Notes: a model not told the origin generated them from the letters alone. 64,000 nucleotides of DNA from an uncultured delta proteobacterium (GCA_963848295.1 CAWKDB010000010.1:2464001-2528000), one strand, 5' to 3'. Shown: positions 43,482 through 53,449, numbered from the stretch's first letter. Translations and numbers: made by a program.

Positions 43482-44141
43482 ATGGATGACCGCCCGCGCG
43501 AACGCTTGCTCAGCCGCGGCGCGGAGGCCGTGACCGAAGAGGATCTGTTGACGATCTTGCTCGGCAGCGGGATGCGCGCGCGACCGGCCCGGATGGTCGC
43601 GGGCGAGCTCGCTCGCGAGGCCGGCGGCTTGATCGCGTTGTCTCGCGCCTCGCCGCGCGAGCTGGCCCAGGTCGCAGGAGTCGGCGCCGCTCGCGCCGCT
43701 CGCGTGGCAGCCGCGTTCGAGCTCGGTCGCCGGGCGATCGCGGCCGAGCAGCTGCGCGATCCGCTCGCGAACGCCGAAGACGTGCTGCGGCTCGTCGGCA
43801 CGCGACTCGCCGGCTTGCAGCAGGAGGTGTTCATCGCGATCGGCGTCGACATCCGCAACGGCGTGCTCGATATCGTCGAGGTCGCGCGCGGCAGCGTGCA
43901 TGCGGTCGAAGTCCACCCGCGCGAAGTATTTCGCCCGCTCCTGCGCATGGCCGCCGCGGGCGTCGTGCTCGTCCACAACCATCCGTCGGGCGATCCGACG
44001 CCTTCACTGGACGACGTCGAGCTCACGCGCCGCTTGCGAGCGGTAGGCGAGCTGGTCGGCATCCCGGTCGTCGACCACGTCGTGATCGCTGGCTCGCGGT
44101 TTCGCTCGATCGCCGAATGGTGCGGCGTCGAGCCGAGCTAG
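43482..44141 (+). CDS. radC: RadC (JAB domain) protein
   Basis: RPRERLLSRG, HhH GVGAARA, VHPREVF, VHNHPSGDPTPSLDD, VDHVVI. Confidence 0.95.
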   Translation: MDDRPRERLLSRGAEAVTEEDLLTILLGSGMRARPARMVAGELAREAGGLIALSRASPRELAQVAGVGAARAARVAAAFELGRRAIAAEQLRDPLANAEDVLRLVGTRLAGLQQEVFIAIGVDIRNGVLDIVEVARGSVHAVEVHPREVFRPLLRMAAAGVVLVHNHPSGDPTPSLDDVELTRRLRAVGELVGIPVVDHVVIAGSRFRSIAEWCGVEPS

Positions 44142-44143
44142 AG

Positions 44144-46087
44144 CTACGGCGCCGGCGCGGTCACCGGCGCGGTCTTGTCGCCGCCGCTCGGCTTGGCTTC
44201 GAGCTCGCGCAGTCTCTTGCGCGCTTCGTCGCGCTCTTTCTCGGCGTCCGCGCGCGAGGCCACGGCGGAATCTCGCTCCTTCTCGGCCGCGGCCTGTGCT
44301 GCCCTCGCCGCTTCGCGCTCTTGCTCGGCGCGGGTCTGGCCCGAGCGCGCCGAATCGCGATCCGCTTCGGCGGCGAGCGCGGCTTGCTTCGCGGTGTCGC
44401 GATCGCGCTCGGCCGCTTCGCGAGCCGTCTTCGCCGCATCGCGCTCGAGGTTGGAGCTCGCGGCCGCTTGGTTCGCGACGTCGCGCTCGTGCTCGGCGTC
44501 CGCGCGCGCGGTGTTCGCCGCGTCGCGTTCCGCGTCGGCGTCCTCTTTCTCTTTCATCGCCTCTTCGAACCGCTTCACCGCCTCGTCCGCGGTGCCTTTC
44601 GCCTGGCTCGCGGCGCTCTCGGCGCTGCGGCGCGCTTCATCGGCCGCGTGGCGCTTGCGCTCCGCATCCTTGCGCAGCGCGTTCGCGTCTTTGCCTTCGC
44701 GTTGCGCTTGCTCGGCCCGTTGGTTCGCCGCATCGGCTTCGCGACTCGCGGTGTCGGCCGCGCGCTCCTTCTCGCTCGCGACGACCTGCGCCGACGCCGC
44801 CACCGACCGCAGCTCGGCTTCTTCGCGCGCCTGCCGCGACCACTGGATCCACACGAGCGCGCCCGCGACCGCCGCCGCGACCATGAACAACATCGCGACG
44901 GTCAGCCCGCGGTGCTTGCGCGACCAGCTCGCGAGCCGGCCGGTCAGCGAGTAGCGATGCGAGAACACGAGATCGCCGGTCAGGTACTGCTTGAGCGCGC
45001 GCACGAGCTCGTCTGCCGTGAACCGCTCGTTCACCTCTCGCGTCATCGCGCGCGCGATGATTCCCGACAGCTCCGGATCGCGCGGCATCGCGGGCGGCGC
45101 CGTCTCGGTCGACTCGAGCCACGAGAAGAACTTCTCGATCTGGCGCGTGCGCTCGCCGGGCCCATCGACCTGCTCCCACTGAAACGGCGTGCGGCCCGAC
45201 ACGACCTCGTACAGCGTGATCCCGAAGCTGTAGACGTCGAAGCTCGGATCGGCGCGCCGGCCCTGGCTCTGCTCGAGTGGCAGGTACGGCGGCGTACCGG
45301 CGGCGACCGTGACCATCCGGCCGCTCGTCGACGGCGCCTCGTCGGTCAACACCGGATCGCTGCCGACCGGCGCATCGAGATCGCGCGCGATGCCCCAATC
45401 GATCAGCGTCGCCTCGCCGCGCTTGCCGAGCAGGATATTATTCGGCGTGCAATCGCGATGCACGATCCGGCGTTCGTGGGCGTACGCGAGCGCCTCCGCG
45501 ATGGCGACGAGGTTCGACAACAGCTCGAGCCGCTCGCGCGTCTTCGGCTTGCCCGGCGTCTCCTGCGCCGCGAGCTCGTCGAGCCGATCGCGCAGCGACA
45601 CGCCCTCGACCCGCTGCAGCACGCAGAACGGCCAGCCGACGCTCGCCTTGCCGAGCTCGTAGATCGTGACGATCGCGGGATGTTGCAGCTTCGCCAGGAT
45701 CCGCGCCTCTGCGGTGACCCGGCGTTGGAACATCTCGGCCATCCCGGGCGCGAGGTCGTCGCCTTCGCGCGGCGCCTTGAGGATGACCGTGCGGCCGAGC
45801 CGGCGATCCTCGCCGGCGAACACCTGCGCCATGCCGCCGCGCGCGAGCGGATCTGCGGGCCAGCGAAACGCGTTCTCGCTGACCAGCCCCTTCGGCAGAT
45901 CGAGCGGAATCGGCACGTCATCGGCGGATACGATCGAGCGGCACATCGAGCAGCGCTCGAGGTGCAAGCTGATCTTCGGGTGCGATGGATCGCGCAGCTC
46001 GGCCATCGTCGGGTGTGGCCCGGACGCGAGGCCCAGCTCCGTGGCGTCGGTCTCCATGCCGGTAATGTACCGCTGCTCATCGCTCAT
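44144..46087 (-). CDS. Ser/Thr kinase with atypical catalytic loop, N-terminal HxxxCxxC, TM and long Ala/Glu/Arg coiled coil
   Basis: HLERCSMC, LARGGMAQVF, ILK, HRDCTPNN, DWGIA, GTPPYLPLE. Confidence 0.88.
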   Translation of the reverse strand: MSDEQRYITGMETDATELGLASGPHPTMAELRDPSHPKISLHLERCSMCRSIVSADDVPIPLDLPKGLVSENAFRWPADPLARGGMAQVFAGEDRRLGRTVILKAPREGDDLAPGMAEMFQRRVTAEARILAKLQHPAIVTIYELGKASVGWPFCVLQRVEGVSLRDRLDELAAQETPGKPKTRERLELLSNLVAIAEALAYAHERRIVHRDCTPNNILLGKRGEATLIDWGIARDLDAPVGSDPVLTDEAPSTSGRMVTVAAGTPPYLPLEQSQGRRADPSFDVYSFGITLYEVVSGRTPFQWEQVDGPGERTRQIEKFFSWLESTETAPPAMPRDPELSGIIARAMTREVNERFTADELVRALKQYLTGDLVFSHRYSLTGRLASWSRKHRGLTVAMLFMVAAAVAGALVWIQWSRQAREEAELRSVAASAQVVASEKERAADTASREADAANQRAEQAQREGKDANALRKDAERKRHAADEARRSAESAASQAKGTADEAVKRFEEAMKEKEDADAERDAANTARADAEHERDVANQAAASSNLERDAAKTAREAAERDRDTAKQAALAAEADRDSARSGQTRAEQEREAARAAQAAAEKERDSAVASRADAEKERDEARKRLRELEAKPSGGDKTAPVTAPAP

Positions 46088-46143
46088 CGAGAATTAACAG
46101 CCACGCTCTGTCGTTGCAGCCCAACCAGGTAGGATTGCCCGAG

Positions 46144-48192
46144 ATGCGTGCACTCGTTTCGGCGATCGCCGCGATGCTGGTCGGTTGTGGCGGCCACGTG
46201 CCGGCTGCCACGACACCGAAGCCTGCGCCCCACGCTACTCCGCCGGCGACACCGCACGCGCTCGGCCACCCATCGACGACGCTGCCCGATCGGTTGGCGT
46301 TCTTCACGAACGCGACGTACACACAGGTCCGGCTGTCGCCGGACGGCAAGCGGCTGCTGTGGATCGGCCCGCGCAACAACGTGATGCTGTTGTGGGTGAG
46401 CGCGATCGACGACCTCAAGCACGCGGCGATGGTCACGACCGATACGACCCGGCCGGTGACGACCGCGCTGTGGACGGCCGACGGCAAGCACGTGCTCTAC
46501 GTCCAGGATCCGAACGGCGATGGCAACGTCCACGTGTTTCGCTACGACCTCGATGACTCGAAGGTCACCGATCTCGTCCCGATCAAAGGCGCGCGCATCG
46601 ATCTGCTCGCGGTCGGCCCGCGCCATCCGAACACGGTCATGGTCGGCATCAACGATCGAGACGCATCGATCGACGACATCTACGAGGTCGACATCCGCAC
46701 CGGCGATCGCAAGCGAGTCGTCCAGAACGACGAGAAGCTGACGACGATCATCATCGATTGGGACCTGAAGGTCCGGCTCGGCGGCAAGCAGCTGCCGGAT
46801 GGCTCGGTCCAGATCTTGGTGCTCGGCGCGAAGGGCTGGTCGCCGTGGGACACGATCAGCGCCGACGAACGCGACGGCGTGCGCATCCTCGGGATCGACT
46901 TCGCCGGCACGCACGCGTTCATGATCGACACGCGCAATCGCGATACCGCCGCGTTGGTGTCGGTCGACATCAAGACGAAGAAGCGGAAGCTGCTCGCCGA
47001 GGACCCGCACCTCGATATCGCGCAGGCGTTCGCGAATCCGTCCGACGGCGAGATTGGGGCGGTCGCGTTCACCGATCTCGCGACGACCTGGCGCGCGGTC
47101 GATCCGAGCGTCGCCGCCGACATCGCCGGCCTCGACAAGGTCACGGATGGCGGCTGGGAGATCACGTCGGCGACCCGCGACGGTCAGACCTGGCTCGTCG
47201 CGTACGGCAGCGACATCCAGAGTGGCAAGTACTACTTGTGGAACCGCAAGACCAAGACCGCCACCTACGTGTTCTCGATGACGCCGGAGCTCGACGCGCT
47301 GCACCTCGCGCACACGCATGCGTGGAAGATCAAGGCGCGCGACGGCCTGGCGCTGAGCGCGTTCACGACCGTGCCGCACGAACACGACGCGGCGAACACC
47401 GGCGTCCCCGACCATCCGCTGCCGACGGTGATGATCGTCCAAGCCGACAATCAGACGCGCGTCTCGGTGTCCTACGACCCGCTCCCGCAGTTGCTCGCGA
47501 GCCGCGGCTACGTCGTGCTCGCGGTCAACGCGCGCGGCACCGACGGCTACGGCAAGAAGTTCTCGCGCGCCGGCGATCGCGAGTGGGGCGGCGCGATCGA
47601 GCAAGACCTGTTCGACACCGTCGCGTGGGCAGTCGCCCAGCACATCGCCGACCCGGCGAAGATCGCGATCCTCGGCGCGAACTACGGCGGCTTCGCCGCG
47701 GTCACCGCACTCGAACAGGCCCCCGAGACGTTCGCATGCGCGGTCGACATCCTCGGGCCGATGAACCTCAACACGTTCGCCCGCGTCACCGCGCCGCAGT
47801 ACGCATCGCTGTTCTTGCGCAAGATCGGGGACCCGACGACGCCCGGGGGCAGCGCGAAGCTCGACGCGATCTCGCCGTCCAGCCACGCCGACGCGATCAG
47901 GAAGCCGCTGCTCGTGTTTCACAGCAGCGAAAAGGCCGCCGGCAGCGACACCGCAACGCTCGTCGACAACCTCCATCGGCGCGGCGTGCCGGTCAGCTTC
48001 CTCGAGTTCCCAGACGAGGCGCTGACGATCACCCGACCCGAGAACAACCTCGCGATGCTCGGCGCGGTCGAAGCGTACTTGTCCGCGCAGCTCGGCGGCA
48101 CGTTCGAGCCGATGACGCCCGAGGTGCTCGCCGCGTCGTCGATCAAAGCGATCGTCGGCGGCGAGGGCGTTCCTGGTCTATCCGGTCAGTGA
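46144..48192 (+). CDS. S9 (prolyl oligopeptidase/acylaminoacyl peptidase) family lipoprotein, catalytic residues substituted
   Basis: Beta-propeller (LSPDGK), IKARDGL, LASRGYVVLAVNARGTDGYGKKF, IAILGANYGG, FPDEALT. Confidence 0.88.
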   Translation: MRALVSAIAAMLVGCGGHVPAATTPKPAPHATPPATPHALGHPSTTLPDRLAFFTNATYTQVRLSPDGKRLLWIGPRNNVMLLWVSAIDDLKHAAMVTTDTTRPVTTALWTADGKHVLYVQDPNGDGNVHVFRYDLDDSKVTDLVPIKGARIDLLAVGPRHPNTVMVGINDRDASIDDIYEVDIRTGDRKRVVQNDEKLTTIIIDWDLKVRLGGKQLPDGSVQILVLGAKGWSPWDTISADERDGVRILGIDFAGTHAFMIDTRNRDTAALVSVDIKTKKRKLLAEDPHLDIAQAFANPSDGEIGAVAFTDLATTWRAVDPSVAADIAGLDKVTDGGWEITSATRDGQTWLVAYGSDIQSGKYYLWNRKTKTATYVFSMTPELDALHLAHTHAWKIKARDGLALSAFTTVPHEHDAANTGVPDHPLPTVMIVQADNQTRVSVSYDPLPQLLASRGYVVLAVNARGTDGYGKKFSRAGDREWGGAIEQDLFDTVAWAVAQHIADPAKIAILGANYGGFAAVTALEQAPETFACAVDILGPMNLNTFARVTAPQYASLFLRKIGDPTTPGGSAKLDAISPSSHADAIRKPLLVFHSSEKAAGSDTATLVDNLHRRGVPVSFLEFPDEALTITRPENNLAMLGAVEAYLSAQLGGTFEPMTPEVLAASSIKAIVGGEGVPGLSGQ

Positions 48193-48198
48193 TGGCGT

Positions 48199-49566
48199 TT
48201 AGTGATCGCAGTCGGGGCCGTGGACGTGGCCCTCTTCGCCGTGCGCGGGCGCATCCGGCAGCGGCGTGCCCTGCTGGGTCAGCTTGTCGACCTCGGTGAT
48301 CTTCGCGTTCGCGACGAGGAAGCCGAGCACCTTCTCCTGGCGCAGCGAGTACGTCACGCCATCGATCCGGCCATCGCGCTGCCACTCGGCGCGTAGCTTC
48401 GCCGGCGGCATGTTGCGCTGCTTCGCGGTGAGGTCGATGTGCTTGTCGAGCTCTTCGTCGGTGACGGTCAGGCCTTCGGCATCGGCGATCGCCTCGAGCA
48501 GCAGCTGGCCGCGCACCTCGTCGGCGCCGGCCGGCCGGATCTTCTCGCGCAGATCGTCGGTCAGCCCGGCGGTGCCGCGCTCCGGCTTCATCCCGAGCAT
48601 CTGGCGCAGCCGCTGGTACTGCATCTCGACCGCGCGCTCGACGAGCGACGCCGCGACCGGGATCTGGTTCGCCTTGATCAGCTCGCGCAACGCGCCCTCG
48701 CGCGCCTCGCGATCGATGACCTCTTGCTCGCGATCCTCGAGGTCTTTGCGCAACGCCGCGCGCAGCCCGTCGAGCGTCTCGGCCTTGCCGGTGTCCTTCG
48801 CGAATTCATCGTCGAGCGCCGGCACGTCTTTCGCGCGGACCTCGATCACGGTCGCGATCAGATCGGCCTTGCGCCCGCGCAGCTGCTCGTCTTTGTGGTC
48901 CTCTGGGATCGCGATCTCGAGGTGGAGATCCTTCGACGCGATCGGAATCCCGGTCAGCGCCGCGCGAATCCCCGGCATCGGCTCGCGCTCGGCGTCGTCG
49001 AGATCGACCGCGAACTGTGGCTGGTTGACCTCGTGCTCGCCGATCTTGCCGACGACGCTGAGCCCGACGATGTCACCCGCCTGCGTGACCTCGCGGCCCT
49101 CGATCGGACGCAGCTCGGTGTGCTCGCGCTGCAGCGCCTGCAGCGCCTCTTCGACCGCGCTGTCCGGAATCGCGAGCTTGCGCCGCTCGATCGGCAGCCC
49201 CTTGTAGTCTTTCGGCGTGACCTCGCCGCGGACCTCGATGATCGCGGCGAACGTGAACGGCTGGCCCTTCTTGATCGGCGCAGCCTCTTCGACGCGCGGC
49301 TCGGCGACGGCTTCGAGCGAGTGCTCCTGGTTCGCCTTGAAGAACGACTCGCGGACGAGCTCGTAAGCGACCTCGGCGTGAACGCGCTGGCCGTAGACCT
49401 GCTCGAGCACCGGCCGCGGCACCTTGCCTTTGCGGAAGCCCTTGAGCGCCACGTCCTTGCCGAGCGCGCGATACGCGTTACCGAGCTTCTCGCTGACGGT
49501 CTCCCACGGGACCTCGACGAACATCTTCTTCTCGACCGGGGATACGTCTTCGATGCGAACCTGCAT
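48199..49566 (-). CDS. tig: Trigger factor
   Basis: Ribosome-binding GFRKGKVP, PALDDEFAK, C-terminal chaperone domain LLLEAIADAEGLTVTDEE. Confidence 0.95.
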   Translation of the reverse strand: MQVRIEDVSPVEKKMFVEVPWETVSEKLGNAYRALGKDVALKGFRKGKVPRPVLEQVYGQRVHAEVAYELVRESFFKANQEHSLEAVAEPRVEEAAPIKKGQPFTFAAIIEVRGEVTPKDYKGLPIERRKLAIPDSAVEEALQALQREHTELRPIEGREVTQAGDIVGLSVVGKIGEHEVNQPQFAVDLDDAEREPMPGIRAALTGIPIASKDLHLEIAIPEDHKDEQLRGRKADLIATVIEVRAKDVPALDDEFAKDTGKAETLDGLRAALRKDLEDREQEVIDREAREGALRELIKANQIPVAASLVERAVEMQYQRLRQMLGMKPERGTAGLTDDLREKIRPAGADEVRGQLLLEAIADAEGLTVTDEELDKHIDLTAKQRNMPPAKLRAEWQRDGRIDGVTYSLRQEKVLGFLVANAKITEVDKLTQQGTPLPDAPAHGEEGHVHGPDCDH

Positions 49567-49684
49567 GGGCAGAGTTGGTTACCACAGCCTCGACGACGGC
49601 GGATCTGCGAACCGCGGCCAATCGCGAGCCTGGCGTAAGCGCCTGGGGCGAACCGGGATCCTCGGTGTGCGGCGCCGGATCGAT

Positions 49685-50980
49685 CTACGTCGGCGGCGCG
49701 CTCGGGTCGAGGACATGGCCCATGAACAAGACGAGGCCCGTCGCCTTATCGATGACGAAGAAGGCGAACGGGTGATCGGCGACGAACGTGGTGCTCGGCG
49801 GCGCCGCGCCGGCCGCGGCGACCACGACCGCGGTAGCGGCGGCCGCCTCGGTGCCCTTCTCGTCGACCTTGACGAACGCCTTGTGGAACACCGACGCGAC
49901 GTACAGTCGATCCTCCGGGGTCGACGCGGGCGCGATGCCCGTCAAGTCGGCGAGCTTCTTGTCGAACACGAGCGGCATGCCGAGCTCGGCGAGCGGCTTG
50001 GACAGCTCGGTCGACTCGCCACCGGCGATCTCGAAGCGAGGCAACGACACGTTGACCCCGTCGGGCTTGAGCGCGGCCAGCCATGCCGACAACTTGCTCG
50101 CGTTCGCGGTCGCTTCGAGCTTGGCAAGACCGTCGATCGCGTCCGGTAGGACGATGAGCATCGCGGTCTCGCCGCCCTTGTACGGCAGCTCGAGGACCGC
50201 TGCGCCGTCGACCTTGGCGTACGACGAGCCCTCGCCGTGCATCATCTTGACCGGCTTCTTCGTCGCCGCGGTCAGGCGAAACGGTTCGTCGGTGGTGTAG
50301 TTCGGCGAGAACGGGGTCTGCCAATCCGCGAGGAAATAGATCGCGTTGACCAGCACGAGCCGCGTCAGCGCGTCGATCGAGCGCGGTGGCATCAGGTCGG
50401 TGATGCGCTTGCCGGTCTGCTCGGCGACCCAGCCGTTGATCTGGGCGCGCGCGGCCTCGGCACCCCCGACGAAATCGAGCTGCTCGAGCGGCGCGCCGAA
50501 CTCATCCTTGGTCTGATCGAGGAACGCCTGCTCGACGTGAAATGCCTTCGACGCGAACAGTCGGTTCGCGATGCGGAGCGTGACCGAGCGCTTGGGGTCC
50601 TGGAGCGCGCGTGCGAATTGACCCCAGCTCGCGGGTCCGTCGGCGTCGCTGAGGTGAAACACCTTGGCGATCTGCGCGGCGGTCTCGCCCTTGGCGCCGA
50701 GCGCGGTCATCGCGAACGCGATCGAGATGCTCGCCGGCGAGAAGGCTTGATTCACCGGCTTGGCGATCCGGTGCCACAGCTCGAACCCTAACGCATTGCT
50801 GCCGTCGGACAGAGCGCGAGCGTCAGCCGGCATCGCCGCGCTCTGAGTCGAAGGTGGCGCTGGCACAGGAGCCACCGGCGTCGGCTTTGGTGCGGCAACC
50901 GGCGCCGGATCCGGCTTCGGCGCCGGCTTTGAATTGCATGCCAGGAGGAGTAGCGCGGTAACGACACCCAGGGTTCGCAT
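49685..50980 (-). CDS. Serpin-family lipoprotein
   Basis: FSPASIS, GAKGETAAQI, LVLVNAIYF, LELPY, VDEKGTEAAAATAV, FVADHPF; lipobox LLAC. Confidence 0.95.
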   Translation of the reverse strand: MRTLGVVTALLLLACNSKPAPKPDPAPVAAPKPTPVAPVPAPPSTQSAAMPADARALSDGSNALGFELWHRIAKPVNQAFSPASISIAFAMTALGAKGETAAQIAKVFHLSDADGPASWGQFARALQDPKRSVTLRIANRLFASKAFHVEQAFLDQTKDEFGAPLEQLDFVGGAEAARAQINGWVAEQTGKRITDLMPPRSIDALTRLVLVNAIYFLADWQTPFSPNYTTDEPFRLTAATKKPVKMMHGEGSSYAKVDGAAVLELPYKGGETAMLIVLPDAIDGLAKLEATANASKLSAWLAALKPDGVNVSLPRFEIAGGESTELSKPLAELGMPLVFDKKLADLTGIAPASTPEDRLYVASVFHKAFVKVDEKGTEAAAATAVVVAAAGAAPPSTTFVADHPFAFFVIDKATGLVLFMGHVLDPSAPPT

Positions 50981-51017
50981 GGCGCGGACGATAACGCGGG
51001 CGAACGTCGTCGTGCGG

Positions 51018-51977
51018 CTACCGGCGCATCCGATACGTCGGCTCGTTGCCGACGGGCTCGCCCGGCTCGAGCAGATCGCCGAGGCCGTAGAGCTCGAGCT
51101 TGCGGACGAGGAGCTCCATGAACGTCACCGCGTCGGCGACATCGAGCAGTTGGCCGAGAGCCCGTGCGGTCATGGCCGACGCCTCGCCGAGCGCGTTGAG
51201 CGCACGACGCTCGCGCGCGTCGATGTGGAAATCGGCCGGCACGATGCGCTCGACGAGGCGGCCGAGCTGCGCCGACACGTGTGGTGCGAGCCCTAGCCGG
51301 ACGACCGCCGATTGCGCGCCCGAGCCCGACGAGTAGCCGAGCGCGGTCCGCACGAGCGGCTGTTGTTGCGCGGTCCTTGTGTGGCGCCGCGGCATCGGCG
51401 TGACCCGGATGCCCGGATTCGAAGGTGCGATGGCGCCGGCCTGCGGCTGCGACGACGTCGCCGGATAGTGTTGCGCGCTCGGCACCGTCTGGATCTGCGT
51501 CGCCGATAGCTGCTGCGGGACGCGCGAGGCCGCGACCGGGGCGATCCGATCGACCGCGGTCTCGCGGAGGTGCGGTCGCTGCGGCAGGATCCGCGGCGCG
51601 CCCGGGCCCCAGTTCGCGGTGGTCTCGCGATCGAAGGTCGGTTCTTCGTCGGCGAGCCGCGGTGGATTGCCTCTCGAGCCCGAGACCCGGCGCGCGGCAT
51701 CCTCGAGCATCGCCTTGACCTCTTGCGCTCGCCCGCCCGGATCTTCGCCGACGTGAATGCCCCACGGGCCGTTGTGATCGACCCCCGCCGGCCCGACGCC
51801 GAGCTCCTGGCCGTGCAGCATGATCGTCGGTCGCGTCTGGTCGCGGCTGTCGGCGTAGGCGCGCATCAGCACGCGCTGCTCGGCCCACTTCTCGGCGACG
51901 ACCATCACGGATCGGTAGTGACTCGGGCGCGCGGCTGGACTGCGCAGCCAGTCGTCGATGATCCGGATCTGGGCCAC
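51018..51977 (-). CDS. Hypothetical protein, possible C-terminal winged helix
   Basis: GTG start after a TAAGAT box (alternative ATG at 51905); C-terminal ERRALNALGEASAMTARALGQLLDV. Confidence 0.6.
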   Translation of the reverse strand: MAQIRIIDDWLRSPAARPSHYRSVMVVAEKWAEQRVLMRAYADSRDQTRPTIMLHGQELGVGPAGVDHNGPWGIHVGEDPGGRAQEVKAMLEDAARRVSGSRGNPPRLADEEPTFDRETTANWGPGAPRILPQRPHLRETAVDRIAPVAASRVPQQLSATQIQTVPSAQHYPATSSQPQAGAIAPSNPGIRVTPMPRRHTRTAQQQPLVRTALGYSSGSGAQSAVVRLGLAPHVSAQLGRLVERIVPADFHIDARERRALNALGEASAMTARALGQLLDVADAVTFMELLVRKLELYGLGDLLEPGEPVGNEPTYRMRR

Positions 51978-52029
51978 GGCTCCGCGACATCTTACCAAGC
52001 GCGCCACGGTCGTGGCAGCCTTGGGCCGC

Positions 52030-52905
52030 ATGACCGACCGCACGACCGACGTTCGCCACCCGTGGCTCGAGTGGCTCGCGCTCGCGGTCGGCGTGATCGC
52101 GCTGGTTGCCACCGGGTCGGGCTGGGGCGCGGTGCTCGGCGGGCTCACGCTCGCAGGCGCGGTTCGCGCGGCGCGTGCCGTCGTGCCGAAGCAACCGGCG
52201 GCTGCGACGATCGGGCCGATGTTACTTTTCATGGCCCCGGCGTTTCGCGAGGCGATCGGCTCGCCCGCGATGCTCGCCGCGTGCGGCACCGCGTGGACCG
52301 CCGCCTGTGCCGCGGACTTCGCGCGTACCCGAGACGCACGGCGCGGGCTAGCGGCACTCGCGTGCACCGGCATCGTGATCGGTAGCGAGCCGTGGCTGGG
52401 TGGGCTGCTCGCGATCGTCGTCGCGATCTGGCTCGTGCGCAGCGCGGTCATAGTGATCGGGCACGTCGTCGCGATCGTCGGCCTGCTCGGCGGGCTCGGC
52501 GTCGCGCTTTGGATCGGCGGGTTGCCGGAGCTCTCGCCGCAGCTCGCGCCGCTCGTCGCTGCCTCCGGCGCGGGCGCGACCGCGGTGCTCGTCGGCTCTG
52601 GCCTGCTCGGCGCCGGCTTCGCGGCGGTCACCGCGCATCCCGCCTCGCGGCTCGTCGTCGCGCTCGTCGCTGCATGCGCGTTGCATGCCGTGGTGGTCGC
52701 CGAGGGCGTCGCGCCGTTGCTCGTCGCGTTCGCGATCGCGGTGGCGGTGATCCCGGCTGCGGTCGCGCGCGCGCTGCCACCTGCGCGAGAGCTCGTCGCG
52801 GTCGCGGCAGGCGTGCCGCTCGTCGTCGCGGCGGCGCTGGCCGGCGTCTCGGCGCAAGCTTCGGGGCCCGAGCAAGGTGTCAAAGGTTACTCCGTCCCCA
52901 GGTAA
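52030..52905 (+). CDS. Hypothetical polytopic membrane protein
   Basis: Very hydrophobic Ala/Val/Leu-rich ORF. Confidence 0.55.
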   Translation: MTDRTTDVRHPWLEWLALAVGVIALVATGSGWGAVLGGLTLAGAVRAARAVVPKQPAAATIGPMLLFMAPAFREAIGSPAMLAACGTAWTAACAADFARTRDARRGLAALACTGIVIGSEPWLGGLLAIVVAIWLVRSAVIVIGHVVAIVGLLGGLGVALWIGGLPELSPQLAPLVAASGAGATAVLVGSGLLGAGFAAVTAHPASRLVVALVAACALHAVVVAEGVAPLLVAFAIAVAVIPAAVARALPPARELVAVAAGVPLVVAAALAGVSAQASGPEQGVKGYSVPR

Positions 52906-52932
52906 GTGCGCGATCAGGATAGAGTCTGGGGC

Positions 52933-53448
52933 GTGCGCCTCGCCGTTGTCGTCGCTACGGTCCTCGCGAGCGGCAGCGCCCGCGCCGACGAGATCCAGGC
53001 CGACCTGGGCCTCAGCGTGGTCGGGCTCGGCTACGAGCGCACGGTGGCGCCGCAACTCACGCTCGGGATCGCCGGCGAGCTCATGGGCACGTGGTTCGGG
53101 CCGTACTTCGACAAGCCATGGCTCGGCGGGCTCGGCGTCGGCTTGCGCGCGACCTGGTTTCCGCACGGGCGGGCGCCGTATGGGTTGTACATCGCCCCGT
53201 ACTTTCGGCTGATCGACGTGTCGGCGACGCAGGATTCCGACGGTCACGCTGCGAGCTCCGGCTCGCAGCCGGGTTGGACAGGCGGCATCTTCGCGGGTGA
53301 ATCGTTCGCGTTGCCGCTGCACCTCAACGTGCGGCTCGGCGTCGGCATCCAGTACATCGATCTGTCGGGGCCCACCGGCCCGTTGACCGAGATCGCTTTT
53401 CGCTCGGTGTTCCCGGCGCTCGATCTCGTCGTCGGTTACGCTTTCTAA
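52933..53448 (+). CDS. Small outer-membrane beta-barrel protein
   Basis: Signal peptide ending ARA-D, GLGYERTV, amphipathic strands, C-terminal VGYAF. Confidence 0.7.
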   Translation: MRLAVVVATVLASGSARADEIQADLGLSVVGLGYERTVAPQLTLGIAGELMGTWFGPYFDKPWLGGLGVGLRATWFPHGRAPYGLYIAPYFRLIDVSATQDSDGHAASSGSQPGWTGGIFAGESFALPLHLNVRLGVGIQYIDLSGPTGPLTEIAFRSVFPALDLVVGYAF

Positions 53449-53449
53449 G

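Noticed and set aside
43482..44141. radC as marker of a prophage or integrative element
   Set aside because: Full-length chromosomal-type RadC with N-terminal HhH region; no integrase, att sites or phage genes nearby.
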